Part shown: positions 59,313 through 64,000 of the stretch, piece by piece | Position numbering within the stretch: the stretch's first letter is position 1 | How the letters are laid out: each line of letters begins with the position of its first letter | NCBI RefSeq assembly: GCF_003352465.1 | Contig: NZ_CP031153.1 | Span: 546,465 to 610,464 of the forward strand | Direction: 5' to 3' | Length of the DNA: 64,000 nucleotides | Source: Kordia sp. SMS9 | Lineage (GTDB): Bacteria; Bacteroidota; Bacteroidia; Flavobacteriales; Flavobacteriaceae | Translations under genes and position numbers: made by a program | Notes under the pieces: generated by a model | What the model saw: only the letters and a program-made list of their open reading frames with translations | Told to the model about the DNA's origin: nothing | The model's database searches: none

Positions 59313-60662
59313 ATGGAACACATTGTCATTATAGGGAACGGAATTTCTGGAGTTACGGCTGCCAGACATATCCGAAAAAACTCCGACAAACGCATTACTA
59401 TTATTTCTGCGGAGACCGAATATTTCTTCTCGCGTACAGCGCTCATGTACATTTATATGGGACACATGAAGTTTGAACACACACAACCATACGAAAATTG
59501 GTTTTGGAAAAAGAATCGTATCGAACTGAAAAAAGGCTTCGTTAAAACCATAAAAGATACTTCAAAAGAATTGGTTTTTGCCAGTGGAGAAACGCTAAAA
59601 TATGACAAACTCATCATCGCCACAGGTTCTAAACCCAACAAATTTGGTTGGCCTGGACAAGATTTGGATGGCGTTATGGGCATGTATCACAAACAAGATT
59701 TGGAAAATTTAGAGAAATTTGCACCCAATAATAAAGTGTGTAAACGCGCGGTCATTGTCGGCGGTGGACTCATCGGAATTGAATTGGCAGAAATGTTACA
59801 AAGTCGCGATATTCCTGTAACCTTCTTAGTGCGTGAAAAAAGTTTTTGGAATGGTGTGTTGCCTGCGGGCGAATCGGCAATGATAAACGAACATATAAAA
59901 GAACATCATATTGACTTACGCTTAGGCGTGAATTTACAAGAAATCAAAGCAGACGAACACGGAAAAGTAAAGTCGATCGTCATCCAAGAAACGGGCGAAG
60001 AAATTGAATGTTCTGTGGTTGGATTGACCGCAGGTGTTTCACCAAATGTAGATTTCTTAAAAGATTCTAACATTGAAATTGGTCGTGGCGTAAAGGTGAA
60101 TCGCATGTTAAAAACCAACGTAAAAGATGTGTATGCCATTGGCGATTGTGCCGAACAGCATGAAGCCATTGGCAATCGCAGACCCATTGAAGCGGTTTGG
60201 TACACAGGTCGCATGATGGGCGAAACGGTTGCGCAAACTATTTGTGGAAATCCGAAAGAATATAATCCTGGACATTGGTTCAATTCTGCTAAGTTTTTAG
60301 ACATTGAATACCAAACCTACGGATGGGTTTTTGGCGAACGCGGACGACCAGAATACGAACAACATTTTCATTGGAAACATCCAAAAGAACACCTTTGCAT
60401 TACGATTGCATTTCATAAAGAAACCAATCTTTTCTTAGGAATCAATACGTTTGGCATTCGCATGCGCCATCATGCGTTTGACAAATGGTTAACAGAAAAA
60501 CGTTCCGTAGAATATGTCTTAGAACATTTAGCCGACGCCAATTTTGATCCTGAATTTTACAAATTGCACGAAAAAGATATAGTAGCACAATTCAATCAAG
60601 AACACAACACCAATATTCAATTAAAGAAAAGAAGCTGGAAACGTATTTTTCAATTTTCTTAA
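59313..60662 (+). CDS. FAD-dependent pyridine-nucleotide-disulfide oxidoreductase
   Basis: Two dinucleotide-binding motifs: VIIGNGISG and AVIVGGGLIGIELA. Confidence 0.8.
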   Translation: MEHIVIIGNGISGVTAARHIRKNSDKRITIISAETEYFFSRTALMYIYMGHMKFEHTQPYENWFWKKNRIELKKGFVKTIKDTSKELVFASGETLKYDKLIIATGSKPNKFGWPGQDLDGVMGMYHKQDLENLEKFAPNNKVCKRAVIVGGGLIGIELAEMLQSRDIPVTFLVREKSFWNGVLPAGESAMINEHIKEHHIDLRLGVNLQEIKADEHGKVKSIVIQETGEEIECSVVGLTAGVSPNVDFLKDSNIEIGRGVKVNRMLKTNVKDVYAIGDCAEQHEAIGNRRPIEAVWYTGRMMGETVAQTICGNPKEYNPGHWFNSAKFLDIEYQTYGWVFGERGRPEYEQHFHWKHPKEHLCITIAFHKETNLFLGINTFGIRMRHHAFDKWLTEKRSVEYVLEHLADANFDPEFYKLHEKDIVAQFNQEHNTNIQLKKRSWKRIFQFS

Positions 60663-60689
60663 TCTGTCATAACCACTTACAGCAACAAC

Positions 60690-62279
60690 ATGAAAGCAAT
60701 ACAAAATATAGGATTGAGTCTTTTTTTAGCAGGACTTGCCATTTTCACCATACTTCCATTGATTGGTTCGTATAAAATCAGTTCTGAAAAACTGGATGAA
60801 ATCGTAAGAAATAAAGGAATTAAAAGTGAACTTTTCATCGAAGATTTACAAGCTAATATGGTTGGTAAAGAATTTACAAATCCATTCACATTTTCTTCCA
60901 CCATTATATCTGCCATTGAAAATGCGAATGAAAAACACAAAGCAAACAGCGAATGGGATAAAGTGATTTGGGATAAAAAACACAGTTTTTCATACAATAT
61001 TGCCAAAGATGTTGGTTCAGGGCCTGTGCAGGAAAATAAAGGACTGTTTTGGTGGCTCACTTTTGGGTTGGGAATTATTGGTTCGCTACTATTTATCATT
61101 CCTGAATTGTATCGAAAACCAATTCCAGGCATTAAAAACAACGGAATTTGGCTAAATCCGTCCACCAATAGAGGTTGGATTGCTTGGTTTGCCTTTGTCT
61201 TCCTTGTCGGATTTTACATTCTCCTCTACTTCTATCCAGATTATATTGTGAATTGGACGTATATCGTTGATCCCATCAGTGAAAGTATTAGTGGAAATAG
61301 GGCGAGTCAGTGGTTTTTATACGGATTCATGTATTGTACGGTAATGACAGTGATGGCGATTCGGATGTACATCAAATACCGTCACAATAAATACCAAATG
61401 TTGCGTACGACTTCAGTATTATTCTTTCAAATTGTATTTGCGTTTTTAATTCCTGAAATCATGGTAAGTTTTGAAATGCCTTGGTACGACTTTAAAAATG
61501 CCTTTCCATTGGATTATGATTTTTTCTTTCAGTGGAATATAAAAGATTTGATTAATAGTGGTGGCATTGGCATTTTTATTCTCGTTTGGGGAATTTTACT
61601 GACCATCGTCGTCGTTCCTGTGATGGTCTACTTTTTTGGAAAACGCTGGTATTGTTCTTGGGTTTGCGGTTGCGGTGGATTGGCAGAAACGCTGGGTGAT
61701 CCGTACCGACAATTATCTGACAAATCTTTACGATCGTGGAAGGTAGAACGCTGGTTGATTCATGGAGTTTTGGTATTTGCGGTAGTTATGACAGGAATGA
61801 CCTTATATGCGTTCTTTACAGGAGCAGATACTGTGCTAGGAATCAAGACGCAAACCATTCAAGATATATATGGATTCTTGATCGGATCTATTTTTGCAGG
61901 CGTGATTGGAACTGGATTTTACCCAATTTTCGGAAACCGAGTTTGGTGTCGTTTTGGATGTCCGTTAGCAGCGTATTTGGGAATTGTACAACGTTTCAAA
62001 TCGAAATTTAGAATTACCACTAACGGCGGACAATGTATTTCATGTGGAAATTGCTCCACCTATTGCGAACAAGGAATTGACGTGCGAGCGTATGCGCAAA
62101 AAGGACAAAACATTGTACGTTCATCCTGTGTCGGTTGCGGAATTTGTAGTGCGGTGTGTCCAAGAGGCGTTTTAAAACTAGAAAACGGTACAGACGATGG
62201 CGACACACGTCACAAAGTTCCAGAAGTCATCTTAGGAAACGACATGGATTTGTTTGAAATGTTGGAAGAAAATAAGTAG
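60690..62279 (+). CDS. Membrane-bound 4Fe-4S polyferredoxin (NapH/MauN-like)
   Basis: Multiple TM helices plus CSWVCGCGG, CISCGNCSTYC, and CVGCGICSAVCP cluster motifs. Confidence 0.75.
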   Translation: MKAIQNIGLSLFLAGLAIFTILPLIGSYKISSEKLDEIVRNKGIKSELFIEDLQANMVGKEFTNPFTFSSTIISAIENANEKHKANSEWDKVIWDKKHSFSYNIAKDVGSGPVQENKGLFWWLTFGLGIIGSLLFIIPELYRKPIPGIKNNGIWLNPSTNRGWIAWFAFVFLVGFYILLYFYPDYIVNWTYIVDPISESISGNRASQWFLYGFMYCTVMTVMAIRMYIKYRHNKYQMLRTTSVLFFQIVFAFLIPEIMVSFEMPWYDFKNAFPLDYDFFFQWNIKDLINSGGIGIFILVWGILLTIVVVPVMVYFFGKRWYCSWVCGCGGLAETLGDPYRQLSDKSLRSWKVERWLIHGVLVFAVVMTGMTLYAFFTGADTVLGIKTQTIQDIYGFLIGSIFAGVIGTGFYPIFGNRVWCRFGCPLAAYLGIVQRFKSKFRITTNGGQCISCGNCSTYCEQGIDVRAYAQKGQNIVRSSCVGCGICSAVCPRGVLKLENGTDDGDTRHKVPEVILGNDMDLFEMLEENK

Positions 62280-62284
62280 TGAGT

Positions 62285-62306
62285 TATTAGTATTGAGTAT
62301 TGAGAT
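62285..62306. repeat. GTATTGAG tandem repeat (third locus)
   Basis: tagtattgagtattgagattgta immediately 3' of the polyferredoxin stop. Confidence 0.55.
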
Positions 62307-62421
62307 TGTATCAAAGAAAATTTTGAGTTTTACATTTTATTTCAATTTTATGTTGAATGTTAAATTTTTCTTAGATAAAAACCTATGATTTGCTAGCAAA
62401 TCATAGGTCAGAGATAATGTT

Positions 62422-62661
62422 CTATTGCGGTTCTGAAGTATCGCAAGCATTACAAATATATATCCAACTGGAAGGACATGCTTCACTTTCAGGACAACTT
62501 AGGGCAGTTTCACAATGATTGCTACAATGACGCGTACAATCATGGGAACAAGCCATCGGTGTAGTATAATCGGCTGAGCTTCCACCATTAATGGCGTTAC
62601 CATGCAATTGTGAAATTGACTTTTTATTAAGTTTTAACGATTTAAAATTTTTCTTTTTCAT
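62422..62661 (-). CDS. Second Bacteroidetes-type GG-leader peptide with Cys-rich core
   Basis: Leader MKKKNFKSLKLNKKSISQLHGNAINGG; the core has 10 Cys plus His (CSHDCTRHCSNHCETALSCPESEACPSSWIYICNAC). Confidence 0.6.
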   Translation of the reverse strand: MKKKNFKSLKLNKKSISQLHGNAINGGSSADYTTPMACSHDCTRHCSNHCETALSCPESEACPSSWIYICNACDTSEPQ

Positions 62662-62875
62662 GATTTAATTTTTTAAAGAATTAATAACAATGTAAAGAAA
62701 GAATATATTTACAAAATATCCTAAAGGGAAAATTCCCCTTTAACATTTAGACAGTAAAGAATCTTTCATTAAACAAAACATTCGTTAGGTTTTACTGTAA
62801 GTTTAAACGATTCATAAAGACCATTAAACTAATCCAAAGTAAAGCGACCAAAAACCCAAGACCTAAACCAAAAAA

Positions 62876-63352
62876 ATGAAAAACTTTCTCATCACCCTTT
62901 GCCTCAGTATTACCTTCTGCGGAAGCGCACAAAAAAAGTATCAAAAAGATTATTATGATAACGGACAACTAAAAGCGGAAGGTTGGGTAAAAGATGATGT
63001 AAAAATTAAATACTGGAAGTTTTACCATCCAAATGGTGCGTTGCAAAAACAAGGGCGTTACAAGAATGGAAAACCCACAAAATATTGGTACTTTTATCGC
63101 GAAAATGGCACAAAAAAAAGTGAAGGTCATTATGTAAAAGGTCTAAAAAGTAAATGGTGGCTTTTTTATGATGAAAACGAAAAAGTGAATCATAAATGCC
63201 AATTGAAAAACAATGAGAAAAATGGGTATTGTTTGTTGTATGCAAATGAAGAATTGATTAGCGCTGAGAAATACAAAAACGGACAAAGAATTGGAAAATG
63301 GACCGATTTAGAAAGTTTTAAAAAAGAAAATAGTGTTTGGGATTTGCAGTAA
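62876..63352 (+). CDS. YwqK-family (MORN-like repeat) protein with signal peptide
   Basis: Repeated G-x-W-x-x-Y/F-x-x-NG units (WKFYHPNG, YWYFYRENG, WWLFYDENE). Confidence 0.65.
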   Translation: MKNFLITLCLSITFCGSAQKKYQKDYYDNGQLKAEGWVKDDVKIKYWKFYHPNGALQKQGRYKNGKPTKYWYFYRENGTKKSEGHYVKGLKSKWWLFYDENEKVNHKCQLKNNEKNGYCLLYANEELISAEKYKNGQRIGKWTDLESFKKENSVWDLQ

Positions 63353-63619
63353 ATTGGTTGCTTGTTGTTAGTTACTAGTTGCTTGTTTTATCTACTTTTG
63401 AATATCGGTTTGAAACGTAAACTTATAAACTCTTAAACCTTTAAACTAAGAATTATAAATGCTAAATGTTGAATGTTGAATGTTGAATGTTGAATATATT
63501 TCAAAACGTAATTCAGAAACGCATTCAACATTTACAATTTAAAAAATAACATAAAAGCCAAAGGCTAAAAGCAAGAGAGATTCCCGCCTGCGCAGGAATG
63601 AAAAATACAAGTAAGATAT

Positions 63620-64000
63620 ATGAACATAACAGTCATCATTCCTGCATATAATGAAGAAGATTCTATTGCGAATGTTATTCAGGAAATCCCCGAAATTGTT
63701 ACAGAAGTTATTGTGGTAAGCAATAATTCTACCGATCATACGGAAGCAAATGCGGCGGCGGCGGGCGCAACAGTTTTGAAAGAACCCAAAAAAGGCTACG
63801 GATACGCATGTTTGAAAGGTATGGAATATATTGCCAATCAAGAAAAAAAGCCTGAGATTCTTGTATTTTTAGACGGCGATTATTCGGATTATCCTGAAGA
63901 ATTGACTAAAATTGTGGCGCCAATTGTAGAGCAAGATATTGATTTTGTGGTGGGTGCGCGTGTAAAATCGCTTCGTGAACAAGGTTCTATGACACCGCAA
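63620..64000 (+). CDS. Family 2 glycosyltransferase (dolichyl-phosphate-sugar synthase-like), partial, runs off window end
   Basis: MNITVIIPAYNEEDSIANVI...LVFLDGDYSD is the GT2 signature; there is no stop before position 64000. Confidence 0.7.
   Translation, partial: MNITVIIPAYNEEDSIANVIQEIPEIVTEVIVVSNNSTDHTEANAAAAGATVLKEPKKGYGYACLKGMEYIANQEKKPEILVFLDGDYSDYPEELTKIVAPIVEQDIDFVVGARVKSLREQGSMTPQ

Noticed and set aside
44444-63497. Short tandem repeats (GTATTGAG arrays; aatgttgaa x4 at 63465-63497) as CRISPR arrays
   Set aside because: Repeat units are 7-9 nt with no spacers of unique sequence and no cas genes. They do not meet CRISPR criteria.

Overview
The window is a low-GC (~35%) chromosomal segment that looks like Bacteroidetes/Flavobacteriia. 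Evidence for that placement: signal peptides ending in ...AQ/SAQ, Omp85/TonB-type outer-membrane genes, and Bacteroidetes-style double-glycine leader peptides. No tools were run; every call comes from reading the sequence and the supplied ORF track, and every tRNA cloverleaf was folded by hand, so tRNA coordinates and anticodons are approximate.

Layout, in order:
- (i) 1-13.5 kb, surface/uptake genes. A partial BNR/Asp-box propeller protein; a 1364-aa internally repetitive surface protein ending in a C1q/TNF-like globular domain; an ECF sigma / FecR / TonB-dependent receptor trio; a Cys-rich peptide with a GG leader; an endonuclease/exonuclease/phosphatase (EEP) family protein.
- (ii) 13.5-31.2 kb, an RNA-repair / tRNA-array island. 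WYL-domain regulator, DEDDh exonuclease, S24-like peptidase domain, RtcB ligase, two tandem pol-beta nucleotidyltransferase paralogs, an SDR, an Rnl2-like RNA ligase, and about 27 tRNA or tRNA-like genes in three clusters. Many of these are aberrant: oversized, a T-loop replaced by a palindromic element, degenerate copies, or an atypical anticodon/variable-arm combination. A ~25-nt operator-like motif is repeated four times in front of the repair genes.
- (iii) 32.6-40.4 kb, a putative novel RiPP operon. AraC regulator, a signal-less S53 peptidase, a small protein, a 435-aa Cys/Thr/Gly/Pro-rich polypeptide punctuated nine times by (GG)xAQAQ motifs (multi-cassette precursor-like), an APH-fold kinase, an unknown protein, a stand-alone LanC-like cyclase, and a terminator. 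I consider this the most likely undescribed system in the window.
- (iv) 40.7-48.4 kb, an arsenosugar-type organoarsenical cluster. AhpD-like protein, ArsS radical SAM, rhodanese, two rSAM-associated transferases, purine nucleoside phosphorylase, ArsM, a sterol-desaturase-like protein, and DUF547.
- (v) 48.9-64 kb, mixed housekeeping/accessory genes. ECF sigma plus a membrane protein, TraB/GumN, Nudix, RidA, a type II R-M pair, outer-membrane proteins, a glycoside hydrolase, FAD oxidoreductase plus polyferredoxin, a second GG-leader Cys-rich peptide, YwqK, and a partial GT2.

Several small repeat families are scattered through the window: a REP-like palindrome, a hairpin repeat, GTATTGAG heptamer arrays placed 3' of genes, and a ~60-nt repeat.
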